A DNA stretch of 64,000 nt from Gemmatimonadota bacterium (GCA_036556305.1 DATBJO010000018.1:23918-87917); one strand, 5' to 3'; positions 35,141 through 44,969 are shown, counted from the first letter of the stretch. Notes: generated from the sequence alone by a model not told the origin. Numbers and translations are program-made.

Positions 35141-36940
35141 ATGGACGCCGACCGGATCCGCAACTTCGCGATCATCGCGCACATCGATCACGGCAAGTCG
35201 ACGCTCGCCGACCGGCTCCTCGAGCGCACCGGCACGCTCGGCCAGCGCGAGATGCGGGAACAGGTGCTCGACGCGATGGACCTCGAGCGCGAGCGGGGCA
35301 TCACGATCAAGATGCACGCGATCACGATGGCGTATCGCGCCGCCGACGGGCGGGACTACGAGCTGAACCTCATCGACACGCCGGGGCACGTCGATTTCTC
35401 CTACGAGGTGTCGCGCAGCATGGCGGCGGCGGAAGGGGTCCTCCTCGTGGTCGACGCCGCGCAGGGGATCGAGGCCCAGACGCTCTCGAACCTCTTCCTC
35501 GCGCTCGAGAACGACCTCGAGATCATTCCCGTGATCAACAAGATCGACCTGCCGAACGCGCGGCCCGAGCTGGTGACCGAGGAGCTCGTGAACCTCCTCG
35601 GCGTCGACGAGTCGGAGATCATCAACGTCTCGGCCAAGCTGGGCACGAACGTCGACGCCGTGCTGGAAGCGATCGTCGGCAGGATCCCGCCGCCGGTCGG
35701 CGAGCCCGCCGCGCCGCTCAGGGCCCTCATCTTCGATTCCCAGTTCGACAAGTACCGGGGGGCCGTGCCGTACGTCCGCGTCGTAGACGGGCGCGTCGCC
35801 CCCGGGATGGAGATCGCCTTCTTCTCCAACGACGCGACCTACGAGGTCGCCGAGGTGGGCCGGCTCCGGCTCGGGATGCATCCCACGGCGGAGCTCAGGA
35901 GCGGCGAGGTCGGCTACCTGGTGGCGAGCATCAAGCGGGTCTCGGACACGAAGGTCGGCGACACGATCACCGAGGCGGACCGCCGCGCGAAGGAGCCGCT
36001 GCCCGGCTACCGCGAGGTCCACCCGATGGTCTTCGCCGGGCTCTACCCCACCGACGCCGATCAGTACGCGGATCTCCGCGACGCGCTCGAGAAGCTCAAG
36101 CTCAACGACAGCTCGCTCCAGTACGAGCCCGAGACCTCGAGCGCGCTCGGGTTCGGCTTCCGCTGCGGGTTCCTGGGGATGCTCCACCGGGAGATCGTCC
36201 AGGAGCGGCTGGAGCGCGAGTTCGACCTGGATCTCATCACGACCGTGCCCAACGTGGAATACCACGTCTACCGGGAGCACGGCGAGGTGATGCTGATCGA
36301 GAATCCGAGCCGCATGCCGAGCGCGGGGGAGATCGAGCGCATCGAGGAGCCGTTCGTGCGCGGGCGCTTCATCCTGCCGGCGACCTACATCGGCGGGGTG
36401 CTCAAGCTCTGCGAGGAGCGGCGCGGGAAGCACGTCAAGATGGAGTACATCGACGCCGAGCGCGTCGAGATCGAGTACGACCTTCCCCTGGCCGAGATCA
36501 TCACCGACTTCTTCGATCGGCTGAAGTCGGCGACGCGCGGCTACGCCTCGTTCGACTACGAGTTCCGCGAGTACCGGCCGAGCGAGCTGGTCAAGCTCGA
36601 CATCCTCGTCAACGGCGATCCGCTGGACGCGCTGTCCGTCATCCTGCACCGCGACAGGGCCTACGACTGGGGCCGTTCGCTGTCCGAGAAGCTCAAGCAG
36701 CTCATTCCGCGGCAGATGTTCGAGGTCGTGATCCAGGCCGCGATCGGCACGCGGGTCATCAGCCGCGAGGTCGTGCGGCCGCTCCGGAAGAACGTGACCG
36801 CGAAGTGCTACGGCGGCGACATCACGCGGAAACGCAAGCTGCTCGAGCGGCAGAAGGAAGGGAAGCGGCGGATGAAACAGGTGGGGACGGTGGAGATCCC
36901 GCAGGAGGCGTTCCTTGCCGCCCTGCAGATCGAATCCTGA
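35141..36940 (+). CDS. lepA: translation elongation factor 4 (LepA)
   Basis: [32 protein letters not shown], and the LepA C-terminal domain. TAGATT at 35126-31 lies 9 nt before the ATG. Confidence 0.97.
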   Translation: MDADRIRNFAIIAHIDHGKSTLADRLLERTGTLGQREMREQVLDAMDLERERGITIKMHAITMAYRAADGRDYELNLIDTPGHVDFSYEVSRSMAAAEGVLLVVDAAQGIEAQTLSNLFLALENDLEIIPVINKIDLPNARPELVTEELVNLLGVDESEIINVSAKLGTNVDAVLEAIVGRIPPPVGEPAAPLRALIFDSQFDKYRGAVPYVRVVDGRVAPGMEIAFFSNDATYEVAEVGRLRLGMHPTAELRSGEVGYLVASIKRVSDTKVGDTITEADRRAKEPLPGYREVHPMVFAGLYPTDADQYADLRDALEKLKLNDSSLQYEPETSSALGFGFRCGFLGMLHREIVQERLEREFDLDLITTVPNVEYHVYREHGEVMLIENPSRMPSAGEIERIEEPFVRGRFILPATYIGGVLKLCEERRGKHVKMEYIDAERVEIEYDLPLAEIITDFFDRLKSATRGYASFDYEFREYRPSELVKLDILVNGDPLDALSVILHRDRAYDWGRSLSEKLKQLIPRQMFEVVIQAAIGTRVISREVVRPLRKNVTAKCYGGDITRKRKLLERQKEGKRRMKQVGTVEIPQEAFLAALQIES

Positions 36941-36954
36941 AACGAACGTCCGGC

Positions 36955-38673
36955 TCAGCCCTCGGGGGAATCGATGACCAGCCCCACGGTCTCGATGCGA
37001 TCGTCCGAAAGGTCGCGGATCGTGAACGTCAGGGGTGGCGAGGCGAGGCGGTCCCCGACCTCGGGTCGCTTTCCGAGTCTCTCGCACAGGAACTGATCGA
37101 GGGTCTGGTCTTCGGGCGCATCGATGCGGATGCCGTAGAACTCCTCGACCTCGCCGATCCGCGTCGTGCCTCGAAGCGGGAACTCGACCGCGGTGGCGGG
37201 GAGCCATGCTTCGGCTCCGGAATCGCCGAACACGTGCTCGACCAAAGAACGGACCGCGGGGCGCAGGAGCACGAACACGTCGTCCCCGGTCAGGATCTTC
37301 GTCGAGCCGCGGGGCGGGATCACCTGCTTGTCGCGGACGATCATCGCGACGACCACGCCATCGGGCAGGGCCAGGTCCCGGACCCGCATCCCGTTCGCGC
37401 GGGATCCCTCCACGATCGGGTATTCCACGATGTCTCCGTCCACGTCCTGGAGCGAAGTGATCTCGAGCGTCACGCCGGATGGGGGAGCCCCGCCCTCCCG
37501 GAGGCCCAGCACGCGCGCCGCGTAGGGCAGCGTCCAGCCCTGGGTCACGGCGGAGACCAGCACGGCGAAGAAGACGACGTCGAAGAGCCCCGCGGCCCCC
37601 TCCAGCCCGCGCAGGAGCGGGTACGTGGCGAGGATGATCGGAAGCGAGCCCTTCAGGCCGCCCCAAGCGACGAACGCCACTTCGCGCAGGGAAAACCGGA
37701 ACGGCAGGAGGCATGCGGCCACCGCCAGCGGCCGCGCGAGGAACACGAGCACGCCGGCGACCAGCAGCGCCGGCTGGCCGGCCGCGACCAAGCGGCTCGG
37801 CAGGCTGAGCAGGCCGAGGAGCGCGAACATCAGGATCTGGGCGATCCAGGCGACGCCGTCGTGGAACATGAACACCGCCTGGCGGAAGGGAAGGCGGTGG
37901 GAGCCCAGGACGATGCCGGCGACGTACACGGACAGGAAACCGCTGCCGCCCGCGACCGCCGCGGCACCGAAGGCGAGGAGGCCCGCCGCGCTGACGAGCA
38001 CGGGGTAGAGGCCCGCCGAGTCGAGCCCGATTCGGTTCAGGACGATCGCCGTGCCGCGGCCGACCAGCCAGCCCATGAGCCCTCCCAGGGCCGCCTGGCG
38101 GAGGAAGAGCCACACGACGTCCGGGCCCGGCTCGAGACCGCCCATCAGGATCTCGATGCAGACGACCGTGAGGAAGACGGCCATCGGGTCGTTGGACCCG
38201 CTCTCCACCTCGAGCACGGACGTGAGCCGCTCTTTCACGCGCATCCCCTGCGCGCGGAAGACGGCGAAGACCGCGGCCGCGTCGGTGGAGGACACGATGC
38301 TCGCCAGCAGGAACGCCACGATCCACGGCAGATCCAGGATCGCCAGGGCCGCCAGCGCGACGATCCCCGCGGTCAGGACCACCCCCACGGAGGCCAGCGT
38401 CAGGGCGGGAGCCATGACGGAACGGAACTGCGCGAGGTTGGTGCGCAGGCCGCCGTCGAACAGGATCAGAGCGAGAGCGACCGTGCCGACGCCGTGCGCC
38501 AGCGCGTAGTTCTCGAACGCGATCCCGCCCAGCCCCTCCTCGCCTGCGAGCATGCCGACGAGCAGGAACAGGACGAGGACCGGCAACCCCATGCGCGAGG
38601 ACAGCTTGCTCGACAAGATGCCGAGCATGAGGAGGACGGCGGTGAGAAGAATGAGTCTGTCGACGGGGAACAT
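36955..38673 (-). CDS. nhaP2: K+/H+ antiporter, NhaP2/CvrA type, with C-terminal TrkA-C domain
   Basis: N-terminus LLMLGILSSKLSSRMGLPVLVLFLLVGMLAGEEGLGGI, about 12 TM segments, C-terminal soluble RCK_C-like region. Confidence 0.85.
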   Translation of the reverse strand: MFPVDRLILLTAVLLMLGILSSKLSSRMGLPVLVLFLLVGMLAGEEGLGGIAFENYALAHGVGTVALALILFDGGLRTNLAQFRSVMAPALTLASVGVVLTAGIVALAALAILDLPWIVAFLLASIVSSTDAAAVFAVFRAQGMRVKERLTSVLEVESGSNDPMAVFLTVVCIEILMGGLEPGPDVVWLFLRQAALGGLMGWLVGRGTAIVLNRIGLDSAGLYPVLVSAAGLLAFGAAAVAGGSGFLSVYVAGIVLGSHRLPFRQAVFMFHDGVAWIAQILMFALLGLLSLPSRLVAAGQPALLVAGVLVFLARPLAVAACLLPFRFSLREVAFVAWGGLKGSLPIILATYPLLRGLEGAAGLFDVVFFAVLVSAVTQGWTLPYAARVLGLREGGAPPSGVTLEITSLQDVDGDIVEYPIVEGSRANGMRVRDLALPDGVVVAMIVRDKQVIPPRGSTKILTGDDVFVLLRPAVRSLVEHVFGDSGAEAWLPATAVEFPLRGTTRIGEVEEFYGIRIDAPEDQTLDQFLCERLGKRPEVGDRLASPPLTFTIRDLSDDRIETVGLVIDSPEG

Positions 38674-38679
38674 GGAACG

Positions 38680-38700
38680 AACCTAGGCAGGCGATAGATT
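38680..38700. promoter_or_regulatory. back-to-back -10 boxes in a 33-bp divergent intergenic region
   Basis: Minus-strand TAGGTT (38685-38680) lies 6 nt before nhaP2 ATG 38673. Plus-strand TAGATT (38695-38700) lies 6 nt before ATG 38707. Confidence 0.35.
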
Positions 38701-38706
38701 GACGGC

Positions 38707-39798
38707 ATGCCCTTCGAGCCCGTCGCGGTCGAGCCGCCGACCGGAATCCGTCCCGCGGATCCGCGCCCCGAAGAGGTCGTCGCCGTGCGCGCGCCGAACT
38801 GGATCGGCGACGCGGTGCTCGCGCTGCCCGCCGTGGCGGCGCTGGCCGAGCGCTTCGGCGACGGCGAGGTGATCGTCCTCGCTCGCGGGCTCGTCGCTCC
38901 GCTCTTCGTCGGGATCCCGCGGGTCGCCGAGGTCGTGCGGATCGCGGGGGATGGAGCGGGCCGGCTGGCCGACGCGCGCCGCGCGCTGCTCGATCGGCGG
39001 CCCGCGCTGGGGGTCGCGCTCGCGCACTCCTTCGGCACGGCGGTAGAGCTCGCCGTGGGCGGGACCGCGCAGGTGTGGGGCTACGGGGGGCCTTTGCGAC
39101 GGCTGGTCCTCGACGTCGCGCTGCCGCCGCGCTGGCTCAGGGGCAGGCACCGGTGGGAGGCCTACGCGCTCCTGGCCGCGGCCGTCACGGGCCGTCCGGT
39201 CCCGGAGCGCTATCCGCTCGCGCGCGCCGCGGGCGACGTGGCCGCGGTCGACGCGCTCTTCGCCGAGGCCGGGCTCCGGCCGGGTGGGGAGGCGCCGATC
39301 GTCGGGCTCGTGCCCGGTGCGCACGCGTCGTCCCGGCGCTGGCCCGCCGAGCGCTTCGCCGAGCTCGCGACCCGGCTCGGCCGGGACGGCGCGCGGGTCG
39401 TCGTCCTGGGCTCGGGGGCCGAGCGCGAGCTCGCGGCGCGCGTGTCCGGAGCGGCGCGTCCGACGGCGGCCGACTGGTCGGGGCGGACGCCGCTCCCCGT
39501 CCTCGCCGAGTGCTTCCGCCGCCTCGACTTCCTCGTCACGAACGACACCGGTCCCATGCATCTGGCCGCCGCGGTCGGCACGCCGCTCCTCGACCTGTGC
39601 GGCGCCGCGAACGAGGTCGTCACCGGGCCGCGCGGCCGCGGAAGCGAGGTCGTCGTGCACCCGATCCACTGCCGCCCATGCGTCAAGAACACCTGTGCTT
39701 ACAATCTTGGTTGTATGACGGGGATCGGCGTCGATCGCGTCCACGACCTGGTCCGGTCCCGGCTCGAGGCACGGGTGCGGGCGGCGGTCGACCGGTAG
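38707..39798 (+). CDS. glycosyltransferase family 9 (ADP-heptose:LPS heptosyltransferase-like)
   Basis: VRAPNWIGDAVLALPAVAAL N-terminal motif. C-terminal FLVTNDTGPMHLAAAVGTP. Confidence 0.85.
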   Translation: MPFEPVAVEPPTGIRPADPRPEEVVAVRAPNWIGDAVLALPAVAALAERFGDGEVIVLARGLVAPLFVGIPRVAEVVRIAGDGAGRLADARRALLDRRPALGVALAHSFGTAVELAVGGTAQVWGYGGPLRRLVLDVALPPRWLRGRHRWEAYALLAAAVTGRPVPERYPLARAAGDVAAVDALFAEAGLRPGGEAPIVGLVPGAHASSRRWPAERFAELATRLGRDGARVVVLGSGAERELAARVSGAARPTAADWSGRTPLPVLAECFRRLDFLVTNDTGPMHLAAAVGTPLLDLCGAANEVVTGPRGRGSEVVVHPIHCRPCVKNTCAYNLGCMTGIGVDRVHDLVRSRLEARVRAAVDR

Positions 39799-39843
39799 TG
39801 ATGCTGCGACGTATTTCTGACCGGGGACACTAGATTGGCGGTC

Positions 39844-40767
39844 GTGACGAAGCGGGACGACGCGAGCCGGCTCGCGTGGGGCGTGGACGTCGGCGGCACC
39901 GACTGCAAGGTCGGAGTCGTCGACGCCTCGGGACGCGTGCGCGCGGAAGCCAGCTTCGAGACGCCGGACGAGCCCGAAGCCACCGTCCGCGAGATCCGGA
40001 GCGTCTGCGCGGCCCTGGCCGCCGAGGTGGGGGGTGGAATCGATCGCGCGGGGCTCGGCGTGCCCGGACCGCTCGACCTCGAGCGCGGGGTCATCGTCCA
40101 GGCGCCGAACCTGGGCTGGCGGGACTTGCCGCTCCGCGACATGGTGGCCGACGCGCTCGGAGTCCCGGTCGTCATGGACAACGACGCGAACGCCGCGGCC
40201 TTCGGTGAGGCGTGGGTCGGGGCGGGACGCGGCGCGCGCGTGCTGCTCCTCGTCACGCTGGGGACCGGGGTGGGAGGCGGGCTCGTCGACGAGGGCCGGG
40301 TGTTCCACGGTGCGCGCGGCCTCGCGGTCGAGATCGGACACATGGTCGCCGTGTCCGGCGGGCGCACCTGCTCGTGCGGCAAGCGCGGCTGCGTCGAAGC
40401 GTACTTCAGCGCTCATGCGCTCTCCGAGCAGGCGGCCGAGGTCGGCGTGGACGACCGCGATCCGCGCGTGCACCGCACGCTCTTCGAGCGCTACGCCGCG
40501 GGCGATCCGCGGGTCGCTCCCTGGCTCGGCCGGGCGGTCGACGTCCTGGCGCAGGGCGTCGCCCACGCGGGCGTCCTCTTCGATCCCGACCGCATCGTCT
40601 TCACCGGCGGACTTACCCGCTCCTGGGACCTGTTCCGGGACCGTCTCGTCGAGGGGCTCCTCGGGGACCTCGGTCCCGCGGGGCCGCCCCCCGGCGGGAT
40701 CGCTCTGAGCGAGCTCGGCGGGCGGGCGGGAATCGTCGGCGCGGCGGGACTCGCCCTCCGGTCATGA
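39844..40767 (+). CDS. ROK-family sugar kinase (glucokinase-like)
   Basis: GVDVGGTDCKVGVVD. Zn motif GHM..(9 aa)..CSCGKRGCVEAY. Start placed at GTG 39844, 7 nt after TAGATT 39831-36. Track TTG 39835 lies inside that -10 box. Confidence 0.85.
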   Translation: MTKRDDASRLAWGVDVGGTDCKVGVVDASGRVRAEASFETPDEPEATVREIRSVCAALAAEVGGGIDRAGLGVPGPLDLERGVIVQAPNLGWRDLPLRDMVADALGVPVVMDNDANAAAFGEAWVGAGRGARVLLLVTLGTGVGGGLVDEGRVFHGARGLAVEIGHMVAVSGGRTCSCGKRGCVEAYFSAHALSEQAAEVGVDDRDPRVHRTLFERYAAGDPRVAPWLGRAVDVLAQGVAHAGVLFDPDRIVFTGGLTRSWDLFRDRLVEGLLGDLGPAGPPPGGIALSELGGRAGIVGAAGLALRS

Positions 40768-41723
40768 GCGGCGCGCGGGAGATCGGCGTCATCGGGACGG
40801 TCGTCGAGGACACGATCGACCGGCCCGGCGAGGAGACCGTCCACGACATGGGAGGCGCGTACCATTCCGTGATCGCGATGAGCGTCCTGCTCCCGGACGG
40901 GACCGTCGCCGTCCCGATCACGACGGTGGGCGAAGACACGCTGGCGCGCGTCCGCGCGGACTGGGGCCGGCTGCCGCGGATCTCGCTGGCCGGGATCCAC
41001 GCGGTCCCCGAGGTCAACAACAAGGTCCATCTCGAGTATGATTCCGAAGGCGGGCGCGACGAGACGCTGACCGGCGGCGTCCCCCCGCTCCCCTGGGGCG
41101 AGCTCGAGCCGTGGGCGGACCGCGTCTTCGCGTGGTGCTGGAACTTCATCGCGGGGAACGAAGTCGACCGCGAGACGTTCGAGCGCGTCAAGCGCGCGTC
41201 CCGCGGGCCGCTCCACCTGGACGTCCACAACCTCTGCTTCGGTCCCCCGCGCGCGGGGAAGCCACGCGAGCATCGCGCGCCGGAGGATTGGGAGGGGTGG
41301 GTCCGGGGAGCGACCTGGGTGCAGGTGAACGAGGTCGAAGCCGGGCTCCTGTGGGAGGGCCGCGCCGCGCCGCTGCCCCACGACGGTGAAGGCGCGCTCG
41401 CGGCGCGCGTGCACGCGCTCGGCGCCGAAGGGCTCCTGATCACCCGCGGCGCGCGGGGCGCGACCTGGCTTCCGCGGGGCGGGCCGGTCTTCGAGGCCCC
41501 CGCACGGTCGGGCCCCGGGATCGACCCGACCGGATGCGGCGACGTCTTCGGCGCGGCCTGGGTCGCCCTTCGCGTCGCGCGGGGAATGGACCCCGAGACG
41601 GCGGTCCGAGGCGCCGTGCGCGCGGCGGGAGCGGCGGCGACCGTGAGCGGAGCGGCCGGGCTGGGCGCGGCTCTCGAGCGGGCCGCGGCCGGGATCTTCA
41701 AAAGCGAGGAGGCACGCCGATGA
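40764..41723 (+). CDS. PfkB-family carbohydrate kinase
   Basis: ATG overlaps the ROK stop (ATGA). C-terminal DPTGCGDVFGAAW motif. Confidence 0.85.
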   Translation: MSGAREIGVIGTVVEDTIDRPGEETVHDMGGAYHSVIAMSVLLPDGTVAVPITTVGEDTLARVRADWGRLPRISLAGIHAVPEVNNKVHLEYDSEGGRDETLTGGVPPLPWGELEPWADRVFAWCWNFIAGNEVDRETFERVKRASRGPLHLDVHNLCFGPPRAGKPREHRAPEDWEGWVRGATWVQVNEVEAGLLWEGRAAPLPHDGEGALAARVHALGAEGLLITRGARGATWLPRGGPVFEAPARSGPGIDPTGCGDVFGAAWVALRVARGMDPETAVRGAVRAAGAAATVSGAAGLGAALERAAAGIFKSEEARR

Positions 41724-42883
41724 GCCGGCCTGACGAACGGGAGCCCCGTCTCGACACGCTGGGGGTCCACGCGGGGACGGCATCCGATCCGCCGTACGGC
41801 GCGGTCGTGACGCCGATCTTCCAGTCTTCGACGTTCGCGTATCCGTCCGGCGACCGGGAGCTCCTCTATACGCGCTATGGAAACAACCCGAGCCAGGAGG
41901 CGGTCCACGCGAAGCTCGCCGCGCTGGAGGGCGCGGAGGCCGGACTCGCTCTCGCCTCGGGCATGGCCGCGATCTCGACCGGGCTCCTCTCCATCTGCGG
42001 CCGAGACGATCACGTGGTCGCCGCGCCTGCGCTCTACGGCGGGACGCACTCGCTCCTCGACCGCGAGCTCCCCCGGCTCGGCATCGAGATCACGTATGCC
42101 GACGGGTTCGATCCCGATGCGTTCGAATCCGCGAGCCGCGACACGACGCGTCTATGGATGTGGGAGTCGATCTCGAACCCGCTCCTGCGCGTGCCGGACG
42201 GTCCCGCCCTCGCCGCCCGGGCGCGGGAGCGTGGCATCGCGACGCTCGTCGACGCCACGTTCGCGAGCCCGATCAACCAGCGTCCGGCGACCTTCGGCGT
42301 CGACCTCGTCATGCAGAGCGCGACCAAGTATCTCGGCGGCCACTCGGACCTGATCGGCGGGACGCTGGCCGGCTCCGGAGAGCGGATCCGGCGCGCGACC
42401 GAGCTGCTCCACGTGCTCGGCGGCTCGATCGACCCGCTCGCCGCGTTTCTCCTCGAGCGGGGGATGAAGACGCTGGCGCTGCGCATGGCGCGCCACTCCG
42501 AGAACGGCCGCGCGGTGGCCGACTTTCTCGCCGGCCATCCGCGGGTCGAGCGGGTCCACTACCCGACCCGGCCCGATCATCCCGACAGGGCGACGGCCGC
42601 CCGCGTGCTCACCGGAGCGGGCGGCGTCGTGACGTTCGTGCCGCGGATGAGCGCCGCGGAGACGGCGGCGCTGGTCGACCGCTTCCGCTGGATCCGCCTG
42701 GCGCCGAGCCTCGGCGGCGTGGAGTCCCTCGTCTCGATGCCGTCGATGACGTCCCACCGCATGATGGCTCCCGCCAGGCGGCGGGCGCGCGGGATCGACG
42801 ACGCGATGGTGAGGCTGGCGCTGGGGGTCGAGGCCGTGGAGGACCTGATCGACGACCTCGACCGCGCGTTGTCGGGGCGTTGA
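41720..42883 (+). CDS. PLP-dependent trans-sulfuration enzyme (cystathionine gamma-synthase/lyase family)
   Basis: ATG overlaps the upstream stop (ATGA). SATKYLGGHSD PLP-lysine motif. Confidence 0.9.
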   Translation: MSRPDEREPRLDTLGVHAGTASDPPYGAVVTPIFQSSTFAYPSGDRELLYTRYGNNPSQEAVHAKLAALEGAEAGLALASGMAAISTGLLSICGRDDHVVAAPALYGGTHSLLDRELPRLGIEITYADGFDPDAFESASRDTTRLWMWESISNPLLRVPDGPALAARARERGIATLVDATFASPINQRPATFGVDLVMQSATKYLGGHSDLIGGTLAGSGERIRRATELLHVLGGSIDPLAAFLLERGMKTLALRMARHSENGRAVADFLAGHPRVERVHYPTRPDHPDRATAARVLTGAGGVVTFVPRMSAAETAALVDRFRWIRLAPSLGGVESLVSMPSMTSHRMMAPARRRARGIDDAMVRLALGVEAVEDLIDDLDRALSGR

Positions 42884-42992
42884 AAACCGCCAATCTCTGC
42901 GTTGCACTCCTCGTGTCTTCCTGCGGCGTACGATTCAGTACGCCTCGGAATCCCCTCGTCGTGCGCCTTGACCTTGGCGATTTTGAACGCCC
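42875..42992 (+). repeat. dispersed palindromic intergenic repeat, copy D (118 nt)
   Basis: Terminal stem GGGCGTTGAAAACCGCCAA / TTGGCGATTTTGAACGCCC. Inner hairpin GGCGTAC-GATTCA-GTACGCC. The 5' end overlaps the last codons and the TGA of the upstream gene. Confidence 0.8.
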
Positions 42993-43024
42993 TTTGATTC
43001 TCTCGCACTCACCGGCATAAGCCC

Positions 43025-44146
43025 GTGCGGGTCGTCCTCGCGCCCAACGCGTTCAAGGGATCGTTCGACGGCGTCGCGGTGGCGCGGGCCTGGGCCGAGG
43101 CGCTCGCCGGTCGCGCGGAGACGCGCCTGGCGCCGATGTCGGACGGCGGGGACGGCTTTCTCGCGGTCGTCCGCTATCACCGGCCCCGGGTGCTGGAGGT
43201 CGCGGCCCGCGTCCGCGATCCACTCGGGCACCCGGTCGCGGCGCGCTGGGGATGGGACCCGGAGGGCGGCGCGGCGTACCTCGAGAGCGCGGCCGCGATC
43301 GGCCTCAGGCTCGTCGAGCGCGAGCGGCGCGCCCCGCTCATGGCCACGACCGCGGGCCTCGGGCGCCTCATCCGGACCGCCGCCGGCCTCGGACCCGCGG
43401 AGCTCGTCGTCGGCCTCGGGGGGAGCGCGACCGTGGACGGCGGCCTCGGGATGGCGCGCGCGCTGGGCTACCGCTTCGAGGACCAGGCGGGCGGCGCGAT
43501 CGAGCGGCCGGCGGACCTCCCGCGGCTGGCGCGGATCGCCAGGCCCGAGGAGCCGCCGCTGCCCGACGGCGTCCGGGTCCTCGCGCTCGCCGACGTGACC
43601 GCGCCCCTCCACGGGCCCGACGGCGCCGCGCGCGCGTACGGTCCACAGAAGGGCGCCGACCCCGCGGCGGTCGAGCGGCTCGCAGAGGGTCTCGAGCGGA
43701 TGGCGGAGGCGTGGCGCGAGGATCTCGCGGCTCCCGTGGACCTGACCCGCCGGCCGGGCGCCGGCGCGGCCGGCGGCCTCGGCGCCGCGCTGGTCGCGTT
43801 CCTGGGCGCGGAGCTCGTCCCGGGATCGGAGTGGTGCGCGGAACTGGCCGGTCTCGACGCGGCGCTCGTCGGCGCGGACGGGCTCGTGACCGGCGAGGGC
43901 CGCTTCGACCGCCAGAGCCTCCGCGGCAAGGCGACGGGTCGCGCGCTCGAGGGGGCGCGCGCGGCGGGCGTCCGCGCGGCCGTCGTCTGCGGGGTCGCCG
44001 ACGCGGGGGCCGGGGCGGGCGACGTCCTCGTCGTCGAGGGGTCCGCCGTCGGCCGCGGGCGCGAGGATCGCCTCGACACCGGCGATCTCGCGCGCCTCGT
44101 GGGGCTCGTCCTCGACCGGTGGGAGGCTATATTGCCGCCCCGATGA
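43025..44146 (+). CDS. glycerate kinase
   Basis: MRVVLAPNAFKGSF..PMSDGGDGF N-terminus, typical of glycerate kinases. GTG start. Confidence 0.9.
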   Translation: MRVVLAPNAFKGSFDGVAVARAWAEALAGRAETRLAPMSDGGDGFLAVVRYHRPRVLEVAARVRDPLGHPVAARWGWDPEGGAAYLESAAAIGLRLVERERRAPLMATTAGLGRLIRTAAGLGPAELVVGLGGSATVDGGLGMARALGYRFEDQAGGAIERPADLPRLARIARPEEPPLPDGVRVLALADVTAPLHGPDGAARAYGPQKGADPAAVERLAEGLERMAEAWREDLAAPVDLTRRPGAGAAGGLGAALVAFLGAELVPGSEWCAELAGLDAALVGADGLVTGEGRFDRQSLRGKATGRALEGARAAGVRAAVVCGVADAGAGAGDVLVVEGSAVGRGREDRLDTGDLARLVGLVLDRWEAILPPR

Positions 44147-44919
44147 GAGCTCGCGCCCTCCTGCTCACCGCCGTCCTGACGCTCACCGGCTGCGGCGGCG
44201 GTGGCGGCCCGATCGACCCGCCGACCCCGCGAGAGATCCTGGTCATCTCCGTCGCACGCAGCGACCGCTCGGTGCCCGTCGAGCAGACGCTGGAGGGCTA
44301 CCTCGCGTTCTTCTTCGATCGCGACCGGGAGGTCCTCCTCCCGGCGACCGCGGTCGTCGACCGCCTGGAGAGCGACGGCGACACGTTCTCGCGGGAGCTG
44401 CGGACGCTGATCACGCCCGGGGTGGTTCCCGGGAACGGCTACTCGGAGGGGATCAACGTCGACCCCGGTCTCCGGTTCCGCCTCCGCGCCACCGTCGTTC
44501 GCAGCGCCGAGGACACGATCCAGGTCACGTCCGACCTGGTGACCGTGCCGTCCGACTTCGTGATCGACATCCCGGACGAGGTCGCGGCCGGCGGGACCCT
44601 CACCGTGACCTGGTCGGTGACCGGCGCGGAGTCGATCAACGTGTCGGTCGACGGCGGCGTGTACTCCGAGCACGTCTCCGCGGCTCTGGGCGCGTTCACG
44701 ATCCCCGCCTCGGCCTTCGCGGGCCGGCCCCCGGGCCAGGAGGTCATGGTCCACCTCACCGCCTACAACACATTCTACGAGCCCCTCGGCGCCGCGATCA
44801 GCTCGCTATCGGACGCGGAGGCCGCGGCCGAGAGGTTCCGCGGGATCGACAACGTGGCGGGAGGCGTGGGCGTGTTCGGCGCGGCGTACACGCTGGGCCA
44901 CTCGGTGACCGTGCGCTGA
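44143..44919 (+). CDS. lipoprotein (hypothetical)
   Basis: ATG overlaps the upstream stop (ATGA). Lipobox LTLTGC. Beta-rich protein with no recognisable motif. Confidence 0.6.
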   Translation: MRARALLLTAVLTLTGCGGGGGPIDPPTPREILVISVARSDRSVPVEQTLEGYLAFFFDRDREVLLPATAVVDRLESDGDTFSRELRTLITPGVVPGNGYSEGINVDPGLRFRLRATVVRSAEDTIQVTSDLVTVPSDFVIDIPDEVAAGGTLTVTWSVTGAESINVSVDGGVYSEHVSAALGAFTIPASAFAGRPPGQEVMVHLTAYNTFYEPLGAAISSLSDAEAAAERFRGIDNVAGGVGVFGAAYTLGHSVTVR

Positions 44920-44969
44920 GCGGCGCGTCGGGCGCGCCGTACGAAACCCTCCATCCAAGGAGCGATTGC

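Noticed and set aside
42875-42992. Integron attC-site interpretation of the palindromic repeats (imperfect inverted repeats after ORFs, unpaired bases, variable centre).
   Set aside because: The arms do not fit RYYYAAC/GTTRRRY. The AAC/GTT triplets are not even conserved (copy A has GAAGAC/GCCTTG). The flanking genes are core housekeeping genes, and no intI is present.
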